A stretch of 64,000 nucleotides of DNA. Source: an uncultured Caulobacteraceae bacterium. Lineage in GTDB: Bacteria > Pseudomonadota > Alphaproteobacteria > Caulobacterales > Caulobacteraceae. Below, in pieces: positions 9,273 through 17,829 of this stretch. The stretch spans positions 96,831-160,830 of the forward strand of contig CAKZPF010000009.1 of assembly GCA_937138625.1 (NCBI GenBank). Direction: 5' to 3'. The translations under genes were made by a program, and so were the position numbers. The notes under the pieces were generated by a model, which did not search any database, was not told where the DNA came from, and saw only the letters and a list, made by a program, of their open reading frames with translations. Positions within the stretch are counted from its first letter, which is position 1. The number at the start of each line of letters is the position of its first letter.

Positions 9273-10733
9273 TTATGCGGCGATCTGAATACCAGCGTCT
9301 TCGGGATCATCAGTGTTTGAAAATGTGGTGGAAATATATTGTACCGTGGCCAAAACCCGACCGAGTTCCGTGGCCTGGGGCGAATTGATGTAGCGCAACA
9401 GATCAATGGGTTCCGCATCAGGAGCCGCTGCGGCAGTCATAATCTGGGCCTGCTCCGCCGTTTGGGCCTGTTGCGCCGAAGCGGTCAGCATCGCATCCAA
9501 CAGATTGCGCACCGTGATGCCATCGCGAACGACTTCCCGCGCACCGGACGTCATACTGCCCACCAGCAGGCTCGCGCGCTGCAAGTCCTCGCCGACAACA
9601 CCCGCATCCGCCAACAGCATCGCGGCTTGCAACACCTCACGGGCCTGGACACCATCCTCGACAGCGGCATTGGCATGGGTGATCAATTGATTGACCGCCA
9701 CGGCGACTTTTTGCAGGTCTTCGTCTTGGGCCTGAGACTGCGCCAAAATCAAAGCGGTTTGCAAGATATCTCGGGCTTGGATGCCATCCTCGCCCACCGC
9801 GTTCAGGTGTTCAATGCCGCCATTGATCATCAGGCTGGCGCGCTGGACCTCTTCGCCCAGCAGTCCATTGGCCGCCACAGCGTTCACCGTGGTCAACAGA
9901 TCCGCAGCATCAAGACCATCCTCACGCGCGCCGTTCACCGTGCTGATCACATTGGTTAGTAAAGCAGTGGCCTGCTGCGCCTCAGCACCCAAAGCGCCCG
10001 ACGCCCCAAGGGTGCGGAGCTCTTCAAGCACTTCACCAGTTTTCAGGCCATCATCGTCTTTGGCCGCATCCCGGGTGCCTCGGACGGCTGCGGTCAGATG
10101 CGCAATGTTCTCGATTTCTTCACCTGCAACACCGGTTTGGCCCACTTCGGTGGCCAGTTCGACCACTTCGTCAGCTTTGATGTTGTTCAGTTTCAGATTG
10201 GCCAACTTAAAGCCATCGCCATCGTCACCGCCTGCGGCGGTGGCCGCCGCGGCCGCCACATTGGCCACCTTGGCAATATCCCCGAGCGTACCATCGGTTT
10301 CGGCAGCCGCCCCAAGGGCGGCCTTGCCCATAGTTTTGGCCGCGGTTTCCACGTCAATCTTAAAGCCACCGCCAGCAAAACTTTGGGCCGTGCCCACCAG
10401 CGCCTGGGCCACAGGGCCTTTCACGCCAGCCTCACCCAAAACGGTGCCCAGGACATCACCGCCCGCACGAATGGCAATATTTTTCAGTCCGGATATAGCG
10501 GCCTGCTTGCCAAGATTTAGGGCAATCCCGCCGGCCCCGAAGGTGCCCACTGTACTTACCACCGTCAGGGCAGGGCCAACCATTTCCGTTAAGTCCTTAA
10601 AGGCACCCTTGAAGTCACCTTCAAGAAGGTTACCGGTCAGCTCGACGGCTTCTTTTGCGATTTTGAAGGGGGCTGTGACAACGTCTTTGACGGCGCCGAC
10701 AATGGCCTCGCCAATTTTTTTAAACAGTCCCAT
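9273..10733 (-). CDS. Orphan Ala/Gly-rich protein with five 44-aa helical repeats
   Basis: 486-aa ORF bounded by an in-frame stop 4 codons upstream of ATG 10733 and a strong terminator. N-terminus MGLFKKIGEAIVGAVKDVV amphipathic; [DE]DG tripeptide recurs at residues 229/273/317/361/405. Confidence 0.6.
   Translation of the reverse strand: MGLFKKIGEAIVGAVKDVVTAPFKIAKEAVELTGNLLEGDFKGAFKDLTEMVGPALTVVSTVGTFGAGGIALNLGKQAAISGLKNIAIRAGGDVLGTVLGEAGVKGPVAQALVGTAQSFAGGGFKIDVETAAKTMGKAALGAAAETDGTLGDIAKVANVAAAAATAAGGDDGDGFKLANLKLNNIKADEVVELATEVGQTGVAGEEIENIAHLTAAVRGTRDAAKDDDGLKTGEVLEELRTLGASGALGAEAQQATALLTNVISTVNGAREDGLDAADLLTTVNAVAANGLLGEEVQRASLMINGGIEHLNAVGEDGIQARDILQTALILAQSQAQDEDLQKVAVAVNQLITHANAAVEDGVQAREVLQAAMLLADAGVVGEDLQRASLLVGSMTSGAREVVRDGITVRNLLDAMLTASAQQAQTAEQAQIMTAAAAPDAEPIDLLRYINSPQATELGRVLATVQYISTTFSNTDDPEDAGIQIAA
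9459..10226 (-). repeat. Coding tandem repeat region, period 132 bp (44 aa), about 5 units
   Basis: Units: DDDGLKTGEVLEELRTLGASGALGAEAQQATALL... / REDGLDAADLLTTVNAVAANGLLGEEVQRASLM... / GEDGIQARDILQTALILAQSQAQDEDLQKVAVAV... / VEDGVQAREVLQAAMLLADAGVVGEDLQRASLL... / VRDGITVRNLLDAMLTAS... Confidence 0.65.
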
Positions 10734-10752
10734 GGGTGATTTCGATCAACAT
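10720..10752 (-). CDS. 10-codon upstream mini-ORF (MLIEITHGTV) overlapping the start of the repeat-protein gene
   Basis: AAGGA (10763..10759) lies 6 nt before ATG 10752; ORF ends TAA 10722..10720, i.e. inside codons 4-5 of the main ORF, which itself has no SD. Confidence 0.3.
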   Translation of the reverse strand: MLIEITHGTV

Positions 10753-11007
10753 CGATCGTCCTTTAAAAAAAAATATATCAATACAATTCAGAACCAAAAA
10801 AAGCGGTCTGCAGTCATTTAAATAAAAATTCCGAACAGGCTTCGGATAAAAATTTATACCTTAGAGTAGCAGATAGTCGCGATGTTTTTATGACGGTTCG
10901 GGAAAATTTTACAAACACCCCGCCAGCACCACTTTCACCATATATCAGCACTTTTTGACTATACCCAAAGGTCTTAGATATTCACCGTAAGATCCAAGCG
11001 AGGCACT

Positions 11008-12252
11008 ATGGGACAAGCACAACCAAGCCCTGAAAACCACCACGACACGTCCGCGGCAAATCTGGACACACGGGGCCTTTTGAAGCGCACGGTGGGCTTT
11101 TCCATTCTGGCCAGTGAACAGATGTGCGTCGCCGCACGCTTTACGGGCGATGTGCGCGACCTGTCGGCGCGCACCGAAACCATTGCCGCCGCCGCCGAAG
11201 AATTTGCCATCACCGTGCAAAATGTAGCCGAGATGAGCGAAACCGTCAGTCAGTCCACGCGAGAAGCCGCCGGCACCGCAGAAGCCTGCCGCGATAAATC
11301 CGGGATCGCCAGCCAAGCCATGGGGGACATCCGCGAAGCCTTTGCCTCGCTGGAAGCGCGTATGAACAATTTGTCCGAGGCCGCCAATCACATCGGTGAC
11401 ATCGCCCGCACCATTGACGAAATTTCTAATCAAGTGAAACTGCTGGCCCTAAACGCCACCATCGAAGCTGCACGTGCCGGTGAAGCCGGCCGTGGGTTTG
11501 CCGTGGTGGCCGCCGAGGTGAAAACGCTTTCTGAACAAACTTCGAAAGCCACCGATACCATTCGGGGGCGCCTGGAAACGCTGCAAGAGGAAATGACGGA
11601 AATGAACGCCGCCATGACCACCAGCCGCACCCGCATCCAGGAAGGCGACGAAGCCGTCAGCGAAGTCAGCGATGGGGTCAGCACCATCACCATGGGCATC
11701 ACCGAGGTGGACCAGCAAATGGCCTCGATTGCCAATATGCTGGATGAGCAACGCAAGGCCACAACGGATATTTCCAGAAACATTGGCGACATCGCCAGCA
11801 TCGCCGGGCGCAACCGCCAAGATGTGGAAACCCTAGTCAAACTGATTTCCCAAAGCGAACATCACATCAATGACCAGTTTGCCGAGCTTGAGCCCCATGC
11901 CCCCCGTGGCTATGTGGTGGAGCGCGCCAAATCTGACCATGTTTTGTGGAAAAAGCGCTTGGCCGAACGCATGGTGGGGATGAACTCGCTCGATCCCAAA
12001 GAGCTTTCTGACCATCATTCCTGCCGTCTGGGCAAATGGTATGACAAGGTCAATGACCCCATGGTGGCCGACCAGCCCAGCTTTAAAGCCTTGGCGGAAC
12101 CCCATAAAGAAGTGCACCACTGGGGTATCAAGGTGGCAGAGGCCTGTGTCCACGCCAACCGTGAGGATGCCCAGGCCGCCTTTGATAAAATGGAGGCCGC
12201 CTCAAAAGACGTTTTGCAACATCTAGAGGTGCTCAGTCGCACATACGACTAA
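11008..12252 (+). CDS. Soluble methyl-accepting chemotaxis protein with C-terminal CZB (chemoreceptor zinc-binding) domain
   Basis: 414 aa, no TM segment; MCP signalling hairpin [34 protein letters not shown]; CZB motifs HVLWKKRL ... [10 protein letters not shown] ... PHKEVHHWG. Confidence 0.8.
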   Translation: MGQAQPSPENHHDTSAANLDTRGLLKRTVGFSILASEQMCVAARFTGDVRDLSARTETIAAAAEEFAITVQNVAEMSETVSQSTREAAGTAEACRDKSGIASQAMGDIREAFASLEARMNNLSEAANHIGDIARTIDEISNQVKLLALNATIEAARAGEAGRGFAVVAAEVKTLSEQTSKATDTIRGRLETLQEEMTEMNAAMTTSRTRIQEGDEAVSEVSDGVSTITMGITEVDQQMASIANMLDEQRKATTDISRNIGDIASIAGRNRQDVETLVKLISQSEHHINDQFAELEPHAPRGYVVERAKSDHVLWKKRLAERMVGMNSLDPKELSDHHSCRLGKWYDKVNDPMVADQPSFKALAEPHKEVHHWGIKVAEACVHANREDAQAAFDKMEAASKDVLQHLEVLSRTYD

Positions 12253-12274
12253 ACGCCACCGTCCCTCATACCAA

Positions 12275-12304
12275 CGGCCCGCCATTTGGCGGGCCGTTTT
12301 GTTT
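12275..12304 (+). terminator. Rho-independent terminator after MCP gene
   Basis: CGGCCCGCC-attt-GGCGGGCCG followed by TTTTGTTT. Confidence 0.8.
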
Positions 12305-12339
12305 GAGCATGACGCGCCCACATGGGAGCCGCAAAATCA

Positions 12340-12367
12340 TTGACACCACGGCACCACCGCTTATGAT
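12340..12367 (+). promoter_or_regulatory. Sigma70-like promoter of 12415 gene
   Basis: TTGACA (12340-12345), 16-nt spacer, TATGAT (12362-12367); flanked by direct repeat CAAAATCATT at 12332 and 12370. Confidence 0.5.
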
Positions 12368-12414
12368 CACAAAATCATTAATGATATAAACAGAAAGAAT
12401 GACGAGCCGTATCC

Positions 12415-13071
12415 ATGAGCATCACGCCCCCCCTGCCCCAAACTGTCACTTGGCTTGCCGATACCGCCGTCCCATTTGATGGGGATTGGGTATTTGATGG
12501 GATCGCAGACCGCGTGACCCTGAACGTGGCCAAACTTGAGACCAACCCCCAGCACGCCGTCACCATTGAGCGATTAAACGCCAAGGGCCAGATCATCAGC
12601 ACCCGCCTGCAAGGTGTAGAGGTCACCAAGCATGGCGATCATGAGATCTATAATTTTGCCTATGGCAGTACGGTTCAACTCGACCTCGATCATAACCAAC
12701 AGTATGATAGCTCCTATGCACAAGACTCAGGAGATGCTGACCCCTTGGATGCCAATGGCCGCATCATTCTCAATACCAAAACCAACAGCTACACGCTCTC
12801 CACCTTGCCTGACAGTATACAGGATTACACGAGCGCATTCAGCCTGCGGTGCTGGAAATGCGCGGATGATGCCCTGCAAAACCTTGAGGATACACGCCGC
12901 TTTATCGATACCCACAGCCGCTCAGGCCAGTTGGACACCAATGGCGATGGCCAACGTGATTATTTATCCGAGCATGTGTTCCACACCTCAGAAGACCCGG
13001 ACCCAGGCACAGGCGAGCCGATCAAATATTACAAGCGTGAAGTGTACTTGGCCCCGACCGAAGTGCACTAG
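12415..13071 (+). CDS. Orphan acidic protein, dispersed member of the LDLD / Cys-pair / DxNGDG family
   Basis: 218 aa; MSITPPLPQT leader, TVQLDLDHNQQYD, CWKCADDAL, QLDTNGDGQRDYL, YYKREVYLAPTEV line up in the same order with motifs of ORFs 31137 and 32074. Confidence 0.55.
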   Translation: MSITPPLPQTVTWLADTAVPFDGDWVFDGIADRVTLNVAKLETNPQHAVTIERLNAKGQIISTRLQGVEVTKHGDHEIYNFAYGSTVQLDLDHNQQYDSSYAQDSGDADPLDANGRIILNTKTNSYTLSTLPDSIQDYTSAFSLRCWKCADDALQNLEDTRRFIDTHSRSGQLDTNGDGQRDYLSEHVFHTSEDPDPGTGEPIKYYKREVYLAPTEVH

Positions 13072-13088
13072 GCCGAAGCGCGCCGAGC

Positions 13089-14438
13089 TTAGCTACTGAC
13101 CGCGCGCACCACACTGGCGATTTCTTGGGTCAAGGTGCGCACCAGGGTGGCGTCATCGCCTTCGGCCATGATGCGGATCAAGGGCTCGGTGCCTGAGGGG
13201 CGCACCACGAGGCGGCCTTTGTCACCCAGCACGGATTCAGCTTCACGCAAGGCCGCCTGCACGCGTTCATCCTCCAGCGGTTTGCCAGACGTGAAGCGCA
13301 CATTTTCGAGGATTTGCGGCACAGGCGTAAAGGTATGCGCCAATTTTGACATGGGCTGATCGGTTTCCACCATCACGGCCAAGACCTGTAGGGCTGCTAG
13401 CAAGCCATCCCCCGTGGTTGAGAAATCCGACATGATCAGGTGTCCGGATTGCTCGCCGCCCAGGTTGAAATCACCCTCGCGCATGCGCTCCATGACATAA
13501 CGATCGCCAACCTTGGTGCGCTCGAGGCGCAGGCCTTGCTCGGCCAAAAAGCGCTCCAGACCCAGATTGGACATCACGGTGGCCACCACGGCCCCGCCGC
13601 GCAAGCGGTTGTGTTTGTGCCAATTGCTGGCAATCAAAGCCATCAGCTGGTCACCATCCACAATGCGGCCCTTTTCGTCGGCCATCACCAAGCGATCGGC
13701 ATCGCCGTCAAAGGCAATGCCCACATCGGCCCGGTATTCTTTGACGGCCTTGGCCATGGCATTGGGGTGGGTGGAGCCAGTTTCTTTGTTGATGTTAAAG
13801 CCATTGGGCTCGACGCCTATGGGGATGACTTCGGCCCCCAGCTCCCACAGCGCCGTCGGCGCCACCTTATAGGCCGCGCCATGGGCGCAATCGACCACAA
13901 TACGCAGCCCGTTCAGCCGCAAATGGCGGGGGAAGGCACCTTTACACAGCTCAATGTAGCGCGCCTGTGCGTCATCGATGCGTTTGGCGCGACCCAGATC
14001 CACCGGTTGCGCCAGGCCTGTGGCCAGACCCTCGTCCATCAGCCGTTCAATTTCCACCTCGACGGCATCGGACAATTTATAGCCATCCGGGCCAAACAGT
14101 TTGATGCCGTTATCTTGGTAACTGTTGTGGGAGGCGGAAATCATCACCCCCAGATCCGCCCGCAAGGATCGGGTCATCATCGCCACACCGGGGGTGGGGA
14201 TCGGCCCCATCAAATAGACATCCATGCCCACCGCCGTGAACCCCGCCACCAGGGCAGGTTCGATCATATAGCCTGACAGACGCGTGTCTTTGCCGATGAC
14301 CACCGCGTGACGGCGATCCCCATTGCGAAAATATTTGCCCGCAGCCATGCCGGCGCGCATCGCCACCTCGGGCGTCATAGGGAAGCGGTTGCTGGTGCCG
14401 CGAATGCCGTCTGTGCCAAAATATGTGCGTTTCATCAC
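13089..14438 (-). CDS. glmM: Phosphoglucosamine mutase
   Basis: 449 aa; FGTDGIRG, active-site [27 protein letters not shown]. Confidence 0.95.
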   Translation of the reverse strand: MMKRTYFGTDGIRGTSNRFPMTPEVAMRAGMAAGKYFRNGDRRHAVVIGKDTRLSGYMIEPALVAGFTAVGMDVYLMGPIPTPGVAMMTRSLRADLGVMISASHNSYQDNGIKLFGPDGYKLSDAVEVEIERLMDEGLATGLAQPVDLGRAKRIDDAQARYIELCKGAFPRHLRLNGLRIVVDCAHGAAYKVAPTALWELGAEVIPIGVEPNGFNINKETGSTHPNAMAKAVKEYRADVGIAFDGDADRLVMADEKGRIVDGDQLMALIASNWHKHNRLRGGAVVATVMSNLGLERFLAEQGLRLERTKVGDRYVMERMREGDFNLGGEQSGHLIMSDFSTTGDGLLAALQVLAVMVETDQPMSKLAHTFTPVPQILENVRFTSGKPLEDERVQAALREAESVLGDKGRLVVRPSGTEPLIRIMAEGDDATLVRTLTQEIASVVRAVSS

Positions 14439-14510
14439 TCGTGTCCGTCTTCAACTGTCTGGACCATAGCAGAAGGCCCTGAGCAGAGGCTTAAAATCCG
14501 GTATGCTGAC

Positions 14511-14546
14511 CGTAAACTTCAGCAAGCCCGTAAATTTCAGCAAGCC
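14511..14546. repeat. 18-bp tandem direct repeat x2 in the glmM/14652 intergenic region
   Basis: CGTAAACTTCAGCAAGCC | CGTAAATTTCAGCAAGCC, 17/18 identical, head to tail. Confidence 0.8.
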
Positions 14547-14651
14547 CCGTGCCACCCTGCCCCATAAAGCCACCGCCCCTATACAGCAAGACACATTTTG
14601 TTTATAAAGATGGCAATCTCATTTCAGGGGTAAAATTAAAGGGGCAAGCAC

Positions 14652-16022
14652 ATGCAGATCACATCAACCGCGCCCACAGGGGCCACCACCACACCAGAAC
14701 CCAAAACCTGGGAACAGGCCGTGGTGCTGTCCTTGGTGCATAACGACGAAAGCATCATCAAAGCATTTTCCGAATCTCAGCCACAGTATACCTCCCCTGA
14801 ATATGCCCTGGAAAACGCTCCACATGGTTTGAACTATGCGCAATGTGGCAATGGCAAATTCGGGCAAAGCTCAGCCGATTTGTGCAACCAAGACCCGGCA
14901 ACCCTGAAACAGGACCTAGCGGCGCGTGGCGCCCTTTTCCGCCAAGCCGCCGAGGAGGTGGGGATTGATATTTCCGACATCCCTTCCCTGGTCCGTCTGC
15001 ACAATTTCGACGGCAAGGCGGGTCTGTCTGATTATGAGCTGGGCATGGCGCTAGAGAACATGGCCATCCAATATGTATGTGGCGCAGGGTCTTCTCGCCC
15101 CCTAAGCCCTTATGACGTGATGTCCTGGATCAAAGAGATCAAAACCAATGCGGCATACGCCAAGGGGGGCTACGATCAGATTGCCTTGATGCACAAACAG
15201 GCCTCGCCACAAGATCCCATTCCAGAGATTTCGCCTCTCAGCCCCGTTGAAATCTTGAGCCTGTTTGGGCGGGATGGCGAGGTCTCTAAAACGGAATGGA
15301 TGGCCCACTGGCCCCAGTTTGATAGCAATGGCAATGGCCGACTCGATAAAACAGAAGATCTCGGCCCCCCGATCTACCACTATATTTTTGGTATGGGTGG
15401 CCCCAGTTTTTCTGAAAACATCCAGAATGCGGCCACCGAGCGCTTTGCCTTTATAGATCAGAATGGTGATGACATCATCACCGGCCAGGAGTTCACCGAG
15501 GCTGTTGCTTTGCGATCTGCCGCCCTGAAACAGCAACTGGGGGCCAGAGAGGACGCCTTTGAGGCCGCCAGCCAACAAGACGGACATTGGGTGTATGAGG
15601 CCTTGGAAAAAGACCTTCACCAACGGCGCAAGGCCTATATGAAGGAACAAAAGGATAAGATCAAAGCGCATGGTGATGAATGGGGTCACAATTCCTTTTA
15701 TGCGGATTTCTATAATGAACGCGCCTTAGAAAATGGCTGGTCCCAGCGCGGGGGGGCTTTGCATAACAATGAAGACGCCAAATTGGCCTTTGCAGACTAT
15801 ATCAAGGGTGAAGGTAAGGCCGCCTATGAGGCTCATATCGAGAAAAGGAAACAGGATGCCCTGACGTATGCCTGCAATCGGATTTACTCAGAGGACTTCA
15901 TCAATGGCAATTTCATTTTAAGGGATCAGCTGAAAGATCAGTTCTTTGCTGAAAACCCGCTCCCGCTGCACACCGGAAGTGGAATTGATGCCCGCCAAGC
16001 TGACGAGCGAGCCCTAAATTAG
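14652..16022 (+). CDS. Orphan protein with a canonical EF-hand pair
   Basis: 456 aa, no signal peptide (MQITSTAPTGATTTPEP). EF loops DSNGNGRLDKTE and DQNGDDIITGQE fit D-x-[DN]-x-[DN]-G-x-[ILV]-x-x-x-E. Segment C-NQDPATLKQD resembles CCSSENPADLRKD of ORF 32074. Confidence 0.6.
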   Translation: MQITSTAPTGATTTPEPKTWEQAVVLSLVHNDESIIKAFSESQPQYTSPEYALENAPHGLNYAQCGNGKFGQSSADLCNQDPATLKQDLAARGALFRQAAEEVGIDISDIPSLVRLHNFDGKAGLSDYELGMALENMAIQYVCGAGSSRPLSPYDVMSWIKEIKTNAAYAKGGYDQIALMHKQASPQDPIPEISPLSPVEILSLFGRDGEVSKTEWMAHWPQFDSNGNGRLDKTEDLGPPIYHYIFGMGGPSFSENIQNAATERFAFIDQNGDDIITGQEFTEAVALRSAALKQQLGAREDAFEAASQQDGHWVYEALEKDLHQRRKAYMKEQKDKIKAHGDEWGHNSFYADFYNERALENGWSQRGGALHNNEDAKLAFADYIKGEGKAAYEAHIEKRKQDALTYACNRIYSEDFINGNFILRDQLKDQFFAENPLPLHTGSGIDARQADERALN

Positions 16023-16028
16023 GATTTC

Positions 16029-16994
16029 CTAAAATTCCGAATGGGCTTTGCGCCATTCGACAAATTTCGGCAGGCCCACTTGGATGGGAATTTGCGGCAC
16101 AAAACCCGTTAGCGCCTTGAGTGTGCTGGTGTCGGCATAGGTCACGGTCACATCGCCCGCTTGCTTGGGTTTCATCTGCAAAATGGGCTCGCGGCCGCAG
16201 GCCTCGGCAATGACGTGGATCATATCCAGCAGCTTCTCGGGCCGCCCACCGCCAATGTTCAGAATGCGATTGGCCGGACCCGCGGGCGGGTGATCCAAAA
16301 TGGCGACGATGCCGCTGACGATGTCATCGACAAAGGTAAAGTCGCGCGCCATTTCGCCATTGTTGAAAACATCAATGGGCTCACCGGCCAGAATTTTATC
16401 AGTAAAAGTCCAATAGGCCATATCCGGACGCCCCCACGGCCCGTAAACCGTGAAAAAGCGCAAACCCGACTGCGGCAAACCATAAAGCGAGGCATAAGAC
16501 TCCGAGATCAATTCCCCCGCCCGCTTTGACGCCGCATATAGAGATTTTGGCTCGGTGACCGGGTCGCTTTCTTTGAACGGCCCGCCTTCGCGATCGCCAT
16601 AAACGGAGCTTGATGAAGCATAAAGCAACTGTTTCAAGTTCGGCAGGTCCCGTGCCCCCTCCAGCACCGCCACATGCCCCTTCACATTGGCATCCACATA
16701 GGCCTGCGGATTTTTCAACGAGTGCCGCACCCCCGCCTGAGCAGCCAGATGGATGATGTGCTCAGGCGCCACATTGCGGATCAGGGCCTTCATGCCCTCC
16801 TCATCGGTCAGATCAATGTTGTGGAACGTAAACCCCGCCTGCCCTTCAAGCCGGCTCAGGCGTGCGTGCTTAAGGGCAATGTTATAATACCCGTTCAGAT
16901 TATCGGTGCCCACCACATCATGTCCAGCTGCCAGCAAGCGCAAGCTGAGTTCGGTGCCAATAAAGCCTGCTGCCCCGGTGATGAGTATGGTCAT
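16029..16994 (-). CDS. NAD-dependent epimerase, UDP-glucuronate 4-epimerase-like
   Basis: 321 aa; ILITGAAGFIG Rossmann motif, YAASK catalytic Y-x3-K, RFFTVYGPWGRPDMA typical of this SDR subgroup. Confidence 0.8.
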   Translation of the reverse strand: MTILITGAAGFIGTELSLRLLAAGHDVVGTDNLNGYYNIALKHARLSRLEGQAGFTFHNIDLTDEEGMKALIRNVAPEHIIHLAAQAGVRHSLKNPQAYVDANVKGHVAVLEGARDLPNLKQLLYASSSSVYGDREGGPFKESDPVTEPKSLYAASKRAGELISESYASLYGLPQSGLRFFTVYGPWGRPDMAYWTFTDKILAGEPIDVFNNGEMARDFTFVDDIVSGIVAILDHPPAGPANRILNIGGGRPEKLLDMIHVIAEACGREPILQMKPKQAGDVTVTYADTSTLKALTGFVPQIPIQVGLPKFVEWRKAHSEF

Positions 16995-17031
16995 GGCGTC
17001 CTCACGTTCTGTCTCTCACTTACGGGGCCTT

Positions 17032-17802
17032 TTAGCGGGGCTCATGACAAGCGTCCAGCACGTCTTCGAGCGCGACCTGAAGCTGCCGGAGCTCATGTGG
17101 TTTTGAAAGGCGGTGATCCCCCGATTTGATCAGATGGAAAATACAATCTGCACTCGTCAGCGTACCCATCAGCCGCAGCCCATGGGCCACAGGCACATCC
17201 ACATCTTGCCCCCCGTGCAGAATGCGCACCGGGCCTTCAAAGGCGATGGGAGCCTCCAGCACGCGCCACCGGGCACCATCATCCAGGAAAGATTTGGTAA
17301 TGGGATACGGGCCATCGTCATATTCTGATGGCTTCATCCACACCCCGTCCCTGGCCAGGGCTTCGTGGGCTTCGGCCGGGAAGCCTGGCAGCATCAGCTC
17401 GGTGACAAAATCAGGCGCCGGCGCGATCAGCACAAGGCCCTGGATTCGCTCAGGCCGGGCCTGCACCAACAGGCTGGCCATCCAGCCCCCCATTGACGAA
17501 CCCACCAACACCACCGGTCCGTCAATCAGCTGATCCAGAATATCCAGACAATCTTGCCGCCAGCGGCTGATGGTGCCGTTGGCAAAGTCACCAGAGCTTT
17601 CGCCATGTCCGAAATAATCAAATCGTATATATGACTGCCCGTGCTCTCGCGCCCATTGGGCCAGAAACTCAGCCTTGGTGCCCGCCATATCCGAATGAAA
17701 TCCCCCAAGCCAAACCACCGTGGGGCCATTGCCCTCAATGCGCTTCCAAGCGATCTCATGCCCTTCGGCCGTGGGTAGGCGTCCGTTTTTTTCCTCGCGC
17801 AT
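17032..17802 (-). CDS. Alpha/beta-fold hydrolase
   Basis: Start trimmed to ATG 17802 (AGGAGcctATG). The rest of the 621-aa track ORF is antisense to the GT4 gene. Nucleophile elbow GSSMGG, HG oxyanion motif WLGGFHSD. Confidence 0.75.
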   Translation of the reverse strand: MREEKNGRLPTAEGHEIAWKRIEGNGPTVVWLGGFHSDMAGTKAEFLAQWAREHGQSYIRFDYFGHGESSGDFANGTISRWRQDCLDILDQLIDGPVVLVGSSMGGWMASLLVQARPERIQGLVLIAPAPDFVTELMLPGFPAEAHEALARDGVWMKPSEYDDGPYPITKSFLDDGARWRVLEAPIAFEGPVRILHGGQDVDVPVAHGLRLMGTLTSADCIFHLIKSGDHRLSKPHELRQLQVALEDVLDACHEPR

Positions 17803-17829
17803 AGGCTCCTCTCGGGTTATAGGCACTGT

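Noticed and set aside
9781-10821. 346-aa plus-strand Pro/Ser/Ala-rich ORF opposite the repeat protein
   Set aside because: The minus-strand frame has the exact 44-aa periodicity, a terminator in the correct orientation (9203..9239) and a defined start bounded by a stop. The plus ORF runs through the promoter region and has no terminator. Strand choice is still inference.
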